The notes: generated by a model from the sequence alone, not told the origin. 35,941 bases of DNA from Fidelibacterota bacterium (GCA_046861395.1 JBHHUC010000019.1:1-35941), one strand, 5' to 3'. Counted from the first letter of the stretch, positions 19,567 through 29,768 are shown. Program-made: numbers and translations.

Positions 19567-21989
19567 TGGCGGAACAACGGACGATATCCTGTTATCATTG
19601 TGGTCTGGATTGCGGCCGTCATCCCGTATATTCCGATCAGAAGGCATTTTGCTGTAAAGGATGCAGAACGGCTTACGATATTCTTTCGGCCAATGACCTT
19701 GCGCAATATTACACTCTGAATGTCCAACCCGGCACCACTCCGGTAGACACCGCCACACTGGAACGATTTGCATTTCTGGATGATGATAAAATCCTGAATC
19801 ATTATCTGAATTTCAAGCAGGGTAATTTTGCCAATACAACACTGCATATTCCCGCAATGCATTGTAGTTCCTGTATCTGGTTGCTGGAGAATCTCTACCG
19901 GATTCAACCCGGCATTACAGTATCAAAGGTAGATTTTCTCAGAAAACAAATCAATATCTCATTTAACACGTCGGTCATTTCCTTCCGCGAAATTATTCAA
20001 CTCCTTACTACCTTGGGATACGAACCAGAGCTCAGTAAATCTACCGTGCCGGACCGCGAGACAAAGACCTATTTCCGCAAACTCTACGTAAAAATCGGCA
20101 TTGCAGGATTTGCTTTTGCCAATATCATGTTGTTGAGTCTGCCGGACTATTTTGCCGGACAGGGAGAAATCCCTGATGGGTTTATCCGATTTTTCGGGTT
20201 TTTGAACATTCTCCTTAGTATTCCTGTCATGGTATTCAGCGCCAGTGAATTCCTTGTTTCCGGCTGGAGGGGATTCAAGAGTAGAACCGCCAATATGGAT
20301 ATTCCCATTTCCATCGGAATTCTGGTTCTGTTTCTCCGTAGTCTGCTGGAAATACTATCAGGAGCCGGGCAGGGATGGATGGACAGCCTGTCGGGACTCG
20401 TCTTTTTTTTGCTGTTGGGAAGATTATTTCAGGAAAAAACCTATCAGGCCTTGTCATTCGACCAGGATTACCGCTCCTACCTGCCTCTGTCGGTGATGAA
20501 AAAGGAGGGAGAGTGGGAAGTGAATATTCCCATCGGAGATTTAACTCCCGGCGACCGTGTTTATATCCGAAATAATGAAATCATACCGGCTGACTCCATT
20601 TTGATGACCGGAGATGCCCAGATTGATTATTCCTTCATTACCGGGGAAGATACATTGCAGAAATTCACAGCGGGCGATATGCTCTATGCTGGGGGTCGCC
20701 AATCCGGGAATCTACTGGAAATGAAAGTGGTGAAACCGGTGGATCAGAGTTATTTGACACAATTATGGGATAATGACACGTATAAACGTGACGCTTCCCG
20801 TAGCATAACAGGCTTGGCGGATACGGTGGCTAAATATTTCACGGCTATTATTCTGACCATCGCGCTGGTAACATTTTTCTATTGGTTCCCGTCCGGCTGG
20901 CAACATGCATTGACCACTAGTACGGCAGTTCTCATCATTGCCTGTCCCTGTGCTCTGGCCCTGACAATTCCCTTTACCTTCGGAACCACCATGCGACTTT
21001 TAGGACGTCATGGCTTCTATTTGAAGAATACCCGGGTGATCGAGTATATGGTTGCCATCGATCGGATCATCTTTGATAAAACAGGAACTCTGACAGAATC
21101 ATCCGGTGTAGCCATTCGGTTTGAACCGGAGCCGGGAGAGAAGGATTTATCCCGGGATGAATTGGTCATGATCCGATCCCTTGTACGCCATTCCACTCAT
21201 CCTCTGAGCCGGAAACTGGTGACCTGGCTGCCGGTACCTACCCACCATTTTACGCCCCGTCAGTTCGAAGAAATTTCCGGCCGGGGATTATCCGGCATTG
21301 TTGACGGCCGGATGGTGAAAATCGGGTCGGCGGAATTCGCCGGGACTCACCGGTCAGCGGACCGTGCCACCGCGAATGTGAGTGTATCCATTGAAGGAAC
21401 ACTCCGCGGCAGTTTTCATATCAAAACACGATATCGTACCGGCCTGCGTCAAACCCTGGAAAAACTGGGACACCATTATAAATTGGATTTATTGTCGGGA
21501 GACAATGACCGGGAAGCCGGAAGACTGCGGGAACTTTTTCCCCATTGGTCGGCCCTGAAATTCTTTCAGTCACCGGAGGAAAAACGAAACCACGTATTTT
21601 TGCGTCAAGAAGCCGGAGAAAAGATCATGATGGTGGGGGACGGGATTAATGATGCCGGTGCCCTGCGGCAAAGCGATGTCGGTATGTCCATTTCAGAAAA
21701 TATCCATGCTTTTTCTCCCGCCAGCGATATTTTGTTCGATGCCCGTCATTTTTCCCTGTTTCCGGAAATGCTGACCCTGACAAACCAATCCATCGCTGTG
21801 GTCAAGGTTGGCTACGGCATTTCGTTTCTGTATAATATCTTTGGAATATCCTTTGCCGTAAAAGGCTATTTATCACCGCTTGTTGCTGCCATCCTGATGC
21901 CCGTGAGTTCTATTACGGTTGTTACTTTTGCCACAGTAAGTATGATCATAATCGGGAAATTTGTATTGTCACGAAAAAGGGGTGATTAA
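19563..21989 (+). CDS. ccoI: Copper-transporting P1B-type ATPase for cbb3 assembly (CcoI/FixI)
   Basis: N-terminal CYHCG...FCCKGC, HCSSC metal-binding domain, TGE, CPC, DKTGT, HP, GDGINDA, YN and MPVSS transmembrane motifs; cco context. Confidence 0.92.
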   Translation: MMAEQRTISCYHCGLDCGRHPVYSDQKAFCCKGCRTAYDILSANDLAQYYTLNVQPGTTPVDTATLERFAFLDDDKILNHYLNFKQGNFANTTLHIPAMHCSSCIWLLENLYRIQPGITVSKVDFLRKQINISFNTSVISFREIIQLLTTLGYEPELSKSTVPDRETKTYFRKLYVKIGIAGFAFANIMLLSLPDYFAGQGEIPDGFIRFFGFLNILLSIPVMVFSASEFLVSGWRGFKSRTANMDIPISIGILVLFLRSLLEILSGAGQGWMDSLSGLVFFLLLGRLFQEKTYQALSFDQDYRSYLPLSVMKKEGEWEVNIPIGDLTPGDRVYIRNNEIIPADSILMTGDAQIDYSFITGEDTLQKFTAGDMLYAGGRQSGNLLEMKVVKPVDQSYLTQLWDNDTYKRDASRSITGLADTVAKYFTAIILTIALVTFFYWFPSGWQHALTTSTAVLIIACPCALALTIPFTFGTTMRLLGRHGFYLKNTRVIEYMVAIDRIIFDKTGTLTESSGVAIRFEPEPGEKDLSRDELVMIRSLVRHSTHPLSRKLVTWLPVPTHHFTPRQFEEISGRGLSGIVDGRMVKIGSAEFAGTHRSADRATANVSVSIEGTLRGSFHIKTRYRTGLRQTLEKLGHHYKLDLLSGDNDREAGRLRELFPHWSALKFFQSPEEKRNHVFLRQEAGEKIMMVGDGINDAGALRQSDVGMSISENIHAFSPASDILFDARHFSLFPEMLTLTNQSIAVVKVGYGISFLYNIFGISFAVKGYLSPLVAAILMPVSSITVVTFATVSMIIIGKFVLSRKRGD

Positions 21990-22037
21990 ACTGAATTACT
22001 GTTTTCCCCGATTCTGATTGCCCGGTAAATTTCGGAC

Positions 22038-22214
22038 GTGAGTGTACTTCCATTTCTCATCCTTGCCAGTCTCTTGGTAGCCATTGGGTTCCTGATTGCT
22101 TTCCTTTGGGCTGTGCGAAACGGCCAATATGAGGACGCGTACACGCCATCCGTGCGGATGCTGCTTGATGATAAACACAAACAACCCGAAGAAGAGGATA
22201 AACATGGGAATTGA
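22038..22214 (+). CDS. ccoS: cbb3 oxidase maturation protein CcoS/FixS (58 aa; not in the ORF track)
   Basis: GTG start: MSVLPFLILASLLVAIGFLIAFLWAVRNGQYEDAYTPSVRMLLDD, with the typical FxWAVxxGQYED motif; lies between ccoI and ccoN. Confidence 0.92.
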   Translation: MSVLPFLILASLLVAIGFLIAFLWAVRNGQYEDAYTPSVRMLLDDKHKQPEEEDKHGN

Positions 22215-24330
22215 ATCCTTCAAGTATGATAATCGAATCGTGAAATACTTTGGATTGGCAACGGTCGTATGGGGACTGGTGGCCTTTCTGGTGGGGGTGA
22301 CAATCGCTCTGCAACTGGTGCATCCAATGTTCAACTTTAAACTATCTTTTCTCACCTTCGGTCGTTTGCGTCCCCTGCACACCAACGCCGCCATTTTTGC
22401 TTTTGTGGGCAACGGTATTTTCATGGGTGTCTATTATTCACTGCAACGTCTGCTGAAAACCCGAATATTCAGCGATGCTCTGAGTTATATTCATTTCTGG
22501 GGTTGGCAACTCATTATCGTTGCTGCGGCACTGACCCTGCCTCTGGGTTATACTGTGGGAAAAGAATATGCCGAACTGGAATGGCCCATCGATATTGCCA
22601 TCACGATTATCTGGGTCATTTTCGGAATCAATATGCTGGGAACCATCATGCGACGTCGGGAACGGCACATGTATGTTGCCGTTTGGTTCTATATTGCCAC
22701 CTTTTTTACCGTCGCATTATTGCATGTCGTTAATTCTCTGGAACTGCCCGTTTCTTTCCTGAAGAGTTATCCGGTATTTGCCGGTGTTCAGGATGCCCTG
22801 GTCCAGTGGTGGTACGGGCATAATGCAGTGGCCTTTTTCCTAACGACACCTTATCTGGGATTGATGTATTACTTTCTGCCCAAGGCGGCCAACCGTCCCG
22901 TGTTTTCCTATCGTTTATCCATTGTCCATTTCTGGGCCCTGATCTTCATTTACATCTGGGCCGGACCGCACCACCTGCTCTACACAGCCTTGCCCGACTG
23001 GGTACAATCCCTGGGGACGACTTTTTCCATTATGCTGATTGCGCCGTCCTGGGGCGGTATGCTGAATGGTTTGCTGACCCTGAGAGGCGCCTGGGATCGC
23101 GTCCGTCAGGATCCCATCCTGAAATTCATGGTCGTGGCGGTGACGGCCTACGGTATGTCAACCTTTGAAGGTCCCATGATGTCTCTGAAAAACGTGAATG
23201 CCCTGACCCACTACACCGACTGGGTCATTGCCCACGTCCACATTGGCGCCCTGGGCTGGAACGGACTACTGACCATCGGAATTCTGTACTGGTTGATTCC
23301 CCGCCTGTGGAATACGAAACTGTATTCCGTGAAAATGGCCAATCTTCACTTCTGGCTGGCGACCATGGGTATTATATTTTACGCTATTCCCCTGTATTGG
23401 GGCGCCGTCACCCAGAGTCTGATGTGGCGGGAATTCAATGATGCCGGCATGTTGACCTATCCCAATTTCCTGGAAACGGTGCGACAGATCATTCCCATGT
23501 ACACCCTGCGGGTTGTGGGGGGGACGCTTTTCCTCACCGGTGGAATTATCATGGTCATAAACCTGGTGAAAACGGCGGCCAGCGGAACCTTTGAAAATGA
23601 TGAAGCGGCCGAAGCACCAGCGCTGGAAAATCTCACGGCCTGGGAATTAGGTAATACTAATGAATATAAACACCGCTGGATTGAACGTCGTCCGGTTCAG
23701 TTCTCCCTATTAGTCTTAGTGGCCGTGCTTATTGGCGGTTTGGTGGAAATTATTCCCATGCAATTGATTAAAAGCAATGTTCCCACAATTGCCAGTGTAA
23801 AACCTTATACACCGCTGGAACTGCAGGGCAGGGATATTTATATCAGTGAAGGATGTTATGTTTGCCATTCACAAATGATTCGTCCTTTCCGCTCTGAAAC
23901 AGAACGATACGGTGAATATTCGAAATCCGGTGAATTTGTCTATGATCATCCCTTCCAATGGGGCTCCAAACGCACCGGCCCTGATTTACATCGCATTGGC
24001 GGAAAATATCCCGATGCCTGGCATTTCAATCATATGCAGGATCCCCAATCCACATCGCCGGGATCCATCATGCCGCCCTATCCCTGGCTCATGAGAAACA
24101 AGATTGACCTGGAATCCACAGCAAAGAAAATTCGCGTCATGCAAACCCTGGGCGTTCCCTACCCCGATGGCTATGATCAACAGGCCGAAGCCGACCTGGA
24201 ACGACAAGCCCGCGCCATTGCAAAAAATCTCAATAATCAGGGCGTATCCAGTGTGGAATGGGATACACGCATCATGGCCCTCATCGCCTACCTGCAGCGG
24301 TTGGGAACAGATATCAAGGTGACGCAATGA
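22204..24330 (+). CDS. ccoNO: cbb3-type cytochrome c oxidase fused subunits I/II (CcoN-CcoO)
   Basis: True start is ATG 22204 (MGIESFKYDN; GAGGA SD). LRPLHTN, WWYGHN, GPHH and HVH ligands; CcoO part has GRDIYISEGCYVCHSQMIRP and WGSKRTGPDL. Confidence 0.97.
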   Translation: MGIESFKYDNRIVKYFGLATVVWGLVAFLVGVTIALQLVHPMFNFKLSFLTFGRLRPLHTNAAIFAFVGNGIFMGVYYSLQRLLKTRIFSDALSYIHFWGWQLIIVAAALTLPLGYTVGKEYAELEWPIDIAITIIWVIFGINMLGTIMRRRERHMYVAVWFYIATFFTVALLHVVNSLELPVSFLKSYPVFAGVQDALVQWWYGHNAVAFFLTTPYLGLMYYFLPKAANRPVFSYRLSIVHFWALIFIYIWAGPHHLLYTALPDWVQSLGTTFSIMLIAPSWGGMLNGLLTLRGAWDRVRQDPILKFMVVAVTAYGMSTFEGPMMSLKNVNALTHYTDWVIAHVHIGALGWNGLLTIGILYWLIPRLWNTKLYSVKMANLHFWLATMGIIFYAIPLYWGAVTQSLMWREFNDAGMLTYPNFLETVRQIIPMYTLRVVGGTLFLTGGIIMVINLVKTAASGTFENDEAAEAPALENLTAWELGNTNEYKHRWIERRPVQFSLLVLVAVLIGGLVEIIPMQLIKSNVPTIASVKPYTPLELQGRDIYISEGCYVCHSQMIRPFRSETERYGEYSKSGEFVYDHPFQWGSKRTGPDLHRIGGKYPDAWHFNHMQDPQSTSPGSIMPPYPWLMRNKIDLESTAKKIRVMQTLGVPYPDGYDQQAEADLERQARAIAKNLNNQGVSSVEWDTRIMALIAYLQRLGTDIKVTQ

Positions 24331-24512
24331 TCCGGGAATTATTATCATCCATCGACGGGGTTGGTATTTATCCCACGATTGCCTTGTTTATATTTATGGG
24401 AATTTTCCTGGCGGCCGTGGTTCATGCCTATCAAATGGATAAAGATTATGCTAAAGAAATGAGTGAATTACCCCTGGACAAATCCAAGGGTGACAACAGG
24501 AGTTCGTCATGA
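24327..24512 (+). CDS. ccoQ: cbb3 oxidase subunit CcoQ
   Basis: ATGA overlap with the ccoNO stop; MIRELLSSIDGVGIYPTIALFIF...MSELPLD, single TM helix, 61 aa. Confidence 0.88.
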   Translation: MIRELLSSIDGVGIYPTIALFIFMGIFLAAVVHAYQMDKDYAKEMSELPLDKSKGDNRSSS

Positions 24513-25147
24513 CAACGAAACAGAAAGATGTTTTACTTTCACATGATTATGATGGTATTCAGGAACTGGACAATGATTTACCCCCGTGGTGGTTATACTT
24601 ATTTTATCTATCCATCATATTTTCGGTCGTATATATGGTACATTATCATGTCACCGGGACCGGTGATTTGATGATTGAGGAATACCGGAAGGAGTTGAAT
24701 CCGGCCGCCTCATCATTCTTTGATATTTCCTATCATTCACCATATTACAAACGGGGTGCGACGGTAGTGAAAGAAACGACAGGCACGACAATGGAGGAAG
24801 CGGTGACGGAGGAAGAACCGGTTCTGGCCCTGTCATCCTTGACCGACGAAGCCAGCCTGGCCAAGGGTAAATCCATTTATACCACAAACTGTGCTGTCTG
24901 CCATGGTCCGCAGGGTGAAGGAGGTATCGGTCCCAACATGACGGATAATTATTATATTCATGGCGGAACCATCAATGATATGGTCAAAATCATCAACGTA
25001 GGCGTGCCGGCCAAGGGTATGATTCCTTGGGACAAAACATTGACGCCGGAACAGATCCTTGAAGTGGCCAGCTATCTGGTGACCTTACGTAATACCAATG
25101 TTCCCAATGGGAAAGCACCTCAGGGTGAAGCCTATCGTGGTGAATAA
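24509..25147 (+). CDS. ccoP: cbb3 oxidase subunit III (CcoP, monoheme)
   Basis: HDYDGIQELDNDLPPWW N-terminal motif, one TM helix, single CAVCH, GIGPNMTD, KGMIPW. Confidence 0.92.
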   Translation: MTTKQKDVLLSHDYDGIQELDNDLPPWWLYLFYLSIIFSVVYMVHYHVTGTGDLMIEEYRKELNPAASSFFDISYHSPYYKRGATVVKETTGTTMEEAVTEEEPVLALSSLTDEASLAKGKSIYTTNCAVCHGPQGEGGIGPNMTDNYYIHGGTINDMVKIINVGVPAKGMIPWDKTLTPEQILEVASYLVTLRNTNVPNGKAPQGEAYRGE

Positions 25148-25171
25148 TTTCCATTCTGCCCCGAATTATCC

Positions 25172-25204
25172 AATGCCATTTCCTGTTGAAATGGCATTTT
25201 CTTT
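25172..25204 (+). terminator. Hairpin / putative partial terminator between ccoP and ccoG
   Basis: AATGCCATTTC-CTGTT-GAAATGGCATT 11-bp stem followed by TTCTTT. Confidence 0.6.
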
Positions 25205-25246
25205 ATCAAATCTTTCTCAGTTACCCCTGGAAAGAATAAGAGCCGT

Positions 25247-26668
25247 ATGAATCGTCCCCCGCATTCAGTCTCTGATTCGGAGATTGCCGACAACGCCGTA
25301 TTCAGAGATCATGTCGCCACCGTAGATGAGGCGGGCAACCGGATCTGGATTTACCCTAAAAAACCAATAGGCAAATTCTACAATGCCCGTACCTATGTGA
25401 GTTGGGTCTTGCTGGCCATACTGTTCCTGGGGCCATTTATTTCCATTAACGGCCGACCCTTACTGTTATTGAATTTCCTGGAACGGAAATTCATTATTCT
25501 GGGTATTGTTTTCTGGCCGCAGGATTTGCATTTATTCGGATTGGCACTGATCACATTTATCGTATTCATCATTCTTTTTACGGCTGCTTTCGGCCGCATT
25601 TTCTGTGGATGGGCCTGTCCACAGACTATATTTATGGAGATGGTATTCCGGAAAATCGAATATCTGATTGATGGCGACGCCAGGGAACAGCGAAAATTGT
25701 CCAAAGCACCGTGGACCATGAAAAAAATCATGAAGCGTGTTATTAAACTATCCGTTTTCTTTACCATTTCGGTGATTATCAGTAATGTTTTTCTGGCCTA
25801 TATCATTGGCAAGGACGCTCTGTTGGATATCATTATGGCACCTCCCAGCGAACATTTAGGCGGTTTTATCGCCATGCTTATTTTCAGTTTATTATTTTTC
25901 GGCGTGTTCGCATGGTTCCGGGAGCAGGCCTGTACCATGGTTTGTCCCTACGGTCGTTTTCAATCGGTATTACTGGATCAAAATTCCATTGTCGTCCATT
26001 ATGATTTTCTGCGGGGAGAACCTCGCGGAAAGGGAAAACGGAAAGAAGGCTCTGCTGGCCTGGGCGATTGCATTGATTGCCACGCCTGCGTGGATGTTTG
26101 TCCCACCGGAATTGACATCCGCAATGGCACTCAGTTGGAATGCGTGAATTGCACGGCTTGTATCGATGCCTGCGATGATATTATGACGAAGGTGAATCGA
26201 CCGACGGGTCTGATTAAATATGCGTCATATAACGGAATAAAATCGGGAACAAAGAAAATCTGGAATGCCAGGGTCCTGGCTTACTCCGGCATTCTGGTGA
26301 CACTGATTGGTTTACTCATCTTTTTACTGTCCACCCGGGTTCCGGTTGAAACCACCATCCTGCGCACACCGGGAGTACTTTACCAGATGGTTGGAGATGA
26401 CGTGGTGCGAAATTTATACAACGTCAAGCTGGTGAATAAAACTTGGGAACCCAAAAACATCGAACTCCGCATTGTGGATCCGCCGGAAGCCCGCATCGTC
26501 ATGATTTCGGCCTTATCCATTCCGCCGGATCATCTGGGACAGTCGGCCTTTTTCATCGATATGGACCGCACCCAGATCACACGGCATAATATACCAGTCC
26601 AACTGGACATCATTGCCAACAGTACTGTAATCGAAACCATAACCACAACTTTTATTGCACCGGAATAA
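25247..26668 (+). CDS. ccoG: Cytochrome c oxidase accessory protein CcoG/FixG (4Fe-4S)
   Basis: GRIFCGWACPQT, CTMVCPYGRFQS, CIDCHACVDVCPTGIDIR, CVNCTACIDAC. Confidence 0.96.
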   Translation: MNRPPHSVSDSEIADNAVFRDHVATVDEAGNRIWIYPKKPIGKFYNARTYVSWVLLAILFLGPFISINGRPLLLLNFLERKFIILGIVFWPQDLHLFGLALITFIVFIILFTAAFGRIFCGWACPQTIFMEMVFRKIEYLIDGDAREQRKLSKAPWTMKKIMKRVIKLSVFFTISVIISNVFLAYIIGKDALLDIIMAPPSEHLGGFIAMLIFSLLFFGVFAWFREQACTMVCPYGRFQSVLLDQNSIVVHYDFLRGEPRGKGKRKEGSAGLGDCIDCHACVDVCPTGIDIRNGTQLECVNCTACIDACDDIMTKVNRPTGLIKYASYNGIKSGTKKIWNARVLAYSGILVTLIGLLIFLLSTRVPVETTILRTPGVLYQMVGDDVVRNLYNVKLVNKTWEPKNIELRIVDPPEARIVMISALSIPPDHLGQSAFFIDMDRTQITRHNIPVQLDIIANSTVIETITTTFIAPE

Positions 26669-26674
26669 GACGGA

Positions 26675-27121
26675 ATGAACTGGACGCAGCGTTATAAATG
26701 GGGTATCATTATCCTCATCCTGGTATTTCTGGCCTTTAACGCCTGGCTTATCAACATGTCATTTTCACAGGATATTTCCCTGGTAGATGATAATTATTAC
26801 GAAAAGGATCTGGCCTATCAGGGAATCATCGAAGAACTACAGCGCACCCAGGTGCTCAATGAAACAATTCGCGTCACACTGGACAAGGATAATATTCAGG
26901 TTATCTTGCCTCAGGATTGGATCACTGACCTCCAATCAGGGACGATACGGTTCTATCGTCCTTCTGATGCAAAAATGGACCGCCAATGGCCGCTTTCACC
27001 TGATGCGGAAGGGTTGCAGAACATCCCGGCCGACGGTTTACGGGCGGGACGTTGGATTGTAAAAATACGCTGGCTGATGAATGATCAATGGTACCGGATG
27101 GAACAGGTGCTGATGTTGTAA
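26675..27121 (+). CDS. ccoH: FixH/CcoH family protein
   Basis: N-terminal TM helix, LVDDNYYEKDLAYQ, FYRPSD, GRWIVKIRW; follows ccoG. Confidence 0.88.
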   Translation: MNWTQRYKWGIIILILVFLAFNAWLINMSFSQDISLVDDNYYEKDLAYQGIIEELQRTQVLNETIRVTLDKDNIQVILPQDWITDLQSGTIRFYRPSDAKMDRQWPLSPDAEGLQNIPADGLRAGRWIVKIRWLMNDQWYRMEQVLML

Positions 27122-27137
27122 CGAATCGGTTTCGCGT

Positions 27138-28148
27138 TTATTCGCGAAACTGGAACAGCAGATATAAGCTGCTGCAAAACAGCAAAACCGCTCCCAGCTG
27201 ATGGAGTAATGCTACCGCAAGTTGAACAGCTGTCAATAGCGTTATGATTCCCAGGGTGAACTGTAGCAGCACAATGGCCAGAATGGCTTGTCGGGCCAGG
27301 GACTGTGGCCGGGTGCGTGTTTCCCTTCTCAATCCCTGATAAATGATGACCACCAGGATGACCAGAACAATGGCCAAGGACCGGTGGATAAATTGTATGG
27401 TCATTTCCGATTGCAGAAGATTCAGCCACCAGGGATCCTGTAGCCAGAGCCCCTCCGGAATGATAGCGCCGTTCATGAGCGGGTAGGTATTCCAGCTAAA
27501 CCCGGCCTTGAGCCCGGCCGTGAAGGCACCGTATAGGATTTGCACCAGTGTCACCACGGGAAGAAGGAAAATGGCGGATCGCAGGAGACGGGAAATTGCC
27601 ACTGTTTCACGCCGGCTGTAATAAGTTAGATAGGTCCAGTAAATATAACCGATGATTATAAATGCCAGCAGGAGGTGAGCCGCTAACCGGTAATGACTGA
27701 CAAACGGTTTATCCACTAATCCGCTTATTACCATATACCAGCCCATGAAACCCTGTCCGGCACCCAGAAGGAACATGATGATGAGATTTCGATCCATGCC
27801 GTGGGGGATGAGTTTCCTGTATTTGAAGAAGCAATAGGGAATAATAAATACCAGCCCGATCAGTCGTCCGATGAGACGATGCAGATATTCCCAGAAAAAT
27901 ATATCCTTGAACTCCGTTACGGTCATATGGCGGTTGAGCAGACGATATTCGGGGTATTGTTGATAATGAGCGAATTCTTCCTGCCATTCTGCATCCGACA
28001 GGGGGGGAATGACACCGTGGATGGGTTTCCAGTCCACAATGGATAAACCGGAATGGGTCAGGCGCGTAATTCCGCCAATGAGAACCATGATAAATACCAG
28101 GATACAAGCTGTCAGCAGCCAATAAGGGATTTGTTTATGGCGGGACAC
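27138..28148 (-). CDS. ctaA: Heme A synthase (COX15/CtaA, type 2)
   Basis: GGITRLTHSGLSIVDWKP, FFWEYLHRLIGR, QGFMGWYMV.SGL, RLAAHL, QFIHR, LHQLGA. Probable start is GTG 28148, just after the Rrf2 stop; the ORF-track extension to 28298 overlaps the Rrf2 gene. Confidence 0.92.
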   Translation of the reverse strand: MSRHKQIPYWLLTACILVFIMVLIGGITRLTHSGLSIVDWKPIHGVIPPLSDAEWQEEFAHYQQYPEYRLLNRHMTVTEFKDIFFWEYLHRLIGRLIGLVFIIPYCFFKYRKLIPHGMDRNLIIMFLLGAGQGFMGWYMVISGLVDKPFVSHYRLAAHLLLAFIIIGYIYWTYLTYYSRRETVAISRLLRSAIFLLPVVTLVQILYGAFTAGLKAGFSWNTYPLMNGAIIPEGLWLQDPWWLNLLQSEMTIQFIHRSLAIVLVILVVIIYQGLRRETRTRPQSLARQAILAIVLLQFTLGIITLLTAVQLAVALLHQLGAVLLFCSSLYLLFQFRE

Positions 28149-28162
28149 GGTGGGGATTGAGG

Positions 28163-28591
28163 TTATTGGTCCGAATTGCGCTTCAGGAAATTCATTTCCT
28201 TCAAATCGGCCAAAGATTTGTTTTGGAAAATTTCTATGATGGGTGCTTTTGTGTCTTTCCAAACGTAATGCACGGGACAAGGATTCCCGGAGCCGCATTC
28301 ACTAAGGCCTAGAATGCATTTATCCAGGAAGTTTTCCCCTTCCATTAGCACGACGATTTCAATCAGTTTGAGATCTTCCGGGCGTTTGATAAGTCGCACA
28401 CCACCGCGCGGGCCGGTGTGTGAAGCAAGGATGTTATTCCGAATGAGTACCTGCGCCAGTTTTGCGGTCTGGAAATAGGGTAGGTTGAGTTCACTGGCAA
28501 TTTCCCGTAAGCGAAAATACCGATCGGTTTCGTGATCCATCAGAAAGAAAATGACTTTAATGGCATTTTCGGAGGCTTTTGATAATAGCAT
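28163..28591 (-). CDS. Rrf2-family transcriptional regulator with Cys-rich C-terminus (putative Fe-S sensor)
   Basis: Winged HTH (LREIASELNLP...LAQVL...TGPRGG), CILGLSECGSGNPCPVH. Confidence 0.9.
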   Translation of the reverse strand: MLLSKASENAIKVIFFLMDHETDRYFRLREIASELNLPYFQTAKLAQVLIRNNILASHTGPRGGVRLIKRPEDLKLIEIVVLMEGENFLDKCILGLSECGSGNPCPVHYVWKDTKAPIIEIFQNKSLADLKEMNFLKRNSDQ

Positions 28592-28669
28592 GAATAATCC
28601 CTGTGATTACAGTACTCAAATGTGAATACACAAGGTAAATTACATAACAATATTACAGGATGAAAAGCT

Positions 28670-29383
28670 GTGGAAAAAAACCGTAACACCTTCTTCCTTG
28701 TCATGCTGTTGCTGGTCCAGACCATCAGTTGGGGACAATCGGGTGTCATTCGTAATTACCGGGACGGAATCAAATTTCTCTTCACCCGATCCGAGAATAT
28801 ATCTCTAATGGGAGGTACGTTATTATTATCCCTGGCGGCCTTGCCTGTTGATCCGGCGGTTAAGCGTTATGCCCAGGACAAGGGTTTAATGTCGGATGAC
28901 CTGGCCCGAGTAGGAGACGGGTTCGGCGGTGCCTACGGTCATTGGATATTACTGGGTGGACAAACCGTGGATTATCTGATTCATTCCCGCTCCCGAACCG
29001 CGTTCCGGGAAGAAATCACCTATTCCCTGGCAGCGCTCAGTTTTAATGGTTTTACCACGGTAGTTCTGAAGGAATTGGTGGGACGGGAGCGTCCCAACGG
29101 CCGGGGGAATCGGTCTTATCCCTCCGGGCATACTTCCCATAGTTTTACCATTGCCACTATCTGTCAGGAATTATATGGCCCGAAAATCGGTTTGCCGGTC
29201 TATGGTATGGCAGTGTTGGTGGCTCTCAGTCGAATTCACGATAATAAACATTATTTATCGGATGTGATCATGGGGGCAGGGTTGGGCACTGCCATCGGGC
29301 GGGGATTTGCGCAAAGTTATCTGAAAGAGAATGTTACCGTGGACGTCACTCCGGTAACAGTGAGGATTTCAATATGGTTATAA
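28670..29383 (+). CDS. PAP2-family phosphatase
   Basis: C1 KELVGRERP, C2 YPSGH, C3 SRIHDNKHYLSD; signal-peptide-like N-terminus. Confidence 0.88.
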   Translation: MEKNRNTFFLVMLLLVQTISWGQSGVIRNYRDGIKFLFTRSENISLMGGTLLLSLAALPVDPAVKRYAQDKGLMSDDLARVGDGFGGAYGHWILLGGQTVDYLIHSRSRTAFREEITYSLAALSFNGFTTVVLKELVGRERPNGRGNRSYPSGHTSHSFTIATICQELYGPKIGLPVYGMAVLVALSRIHDNKHYLSDVIMGAGLGTAIGRGFAQSYLKENVTVDVTPVTVRISIWL

Positions 29384-29411
29384 AAAGGGCTCAGAAATCT
29401 GAGCCCTTCAT
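29382..29411. terminator. Probable bidirectional terminator between convergent PAP2 and trxA genes
   Basis: AAGGGCTCAG-AAAT-CTGAGCCCTT stem; the A-run on the left gives a U-tail on the minus strand. Confidence 0.8.
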
Positions 29412-29768
29412 TTATGCAACATTCAGGACATCATTCATTGTTTTCACAATGCTATCTTTCGGCAAAGCGCCCACCGCCATCTGCGGCTTGTCGTTCAGAG
29501 GAACAAACAACATGGAAGGAATGCTTCGGATACCGAAGGCTCCGGCCAATTCCTGTTCCTTTTCCGTGTCGACTTTATAAATATCCACCTTCCCGGCGTA
29601 TTCTTCAGAAATTTCATCCAGAATCGGTGCAACCATCTTGCATGGTCCGCACCAATCGGCATAAAAATCGATAATGCAAGGACGCTCACCTTCAAATTTC
29701 CAATCCGAATTCTTTTCGTAATCGAATACTTTTTCCTGAAATCTTGTTTTTGTTAAATGTTCAACCAT
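29412..29768 (-). CDS. trxA: Thioredoxin
   Basis: IDFYADWCGPCK, GIRSIP cis-Pro motif. Confidence 0.95.
   Translation of the reverse strand: MVEHLTKTRFQEKVFDYEKNSDWKFEGERPCIIDFYADWCGPCKMVAPILDEISEEYAGKVDIYKVDTEKEQELAGAFGIRSIPSMLFVPLNDKPQMAVGALPKDSIVKTMNDVLNVA

Noticed and set aside
22096..22203. 36-aa N-terminal extension of CcoNO in the ORF track
   Set aside because: This stretch is ccoS in another frame; CcoN homology and an SD point to ATG 22204.
22204..25147. ccoN-ccoO fusion and monoheme CcoP as novelty
   Set aside because: This is the established arrangement in Bacteroidota-type cbb3 clusters; useful for taxonomy only.
28149..28298. N-terminal extension of heme A synthase overlapping rrf2
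   Set aside because: Overlaps the Rrf2 CDS on the same strand and shows no CtaA-like sequence; GTG 28148 gives a normal length of 336 aa.
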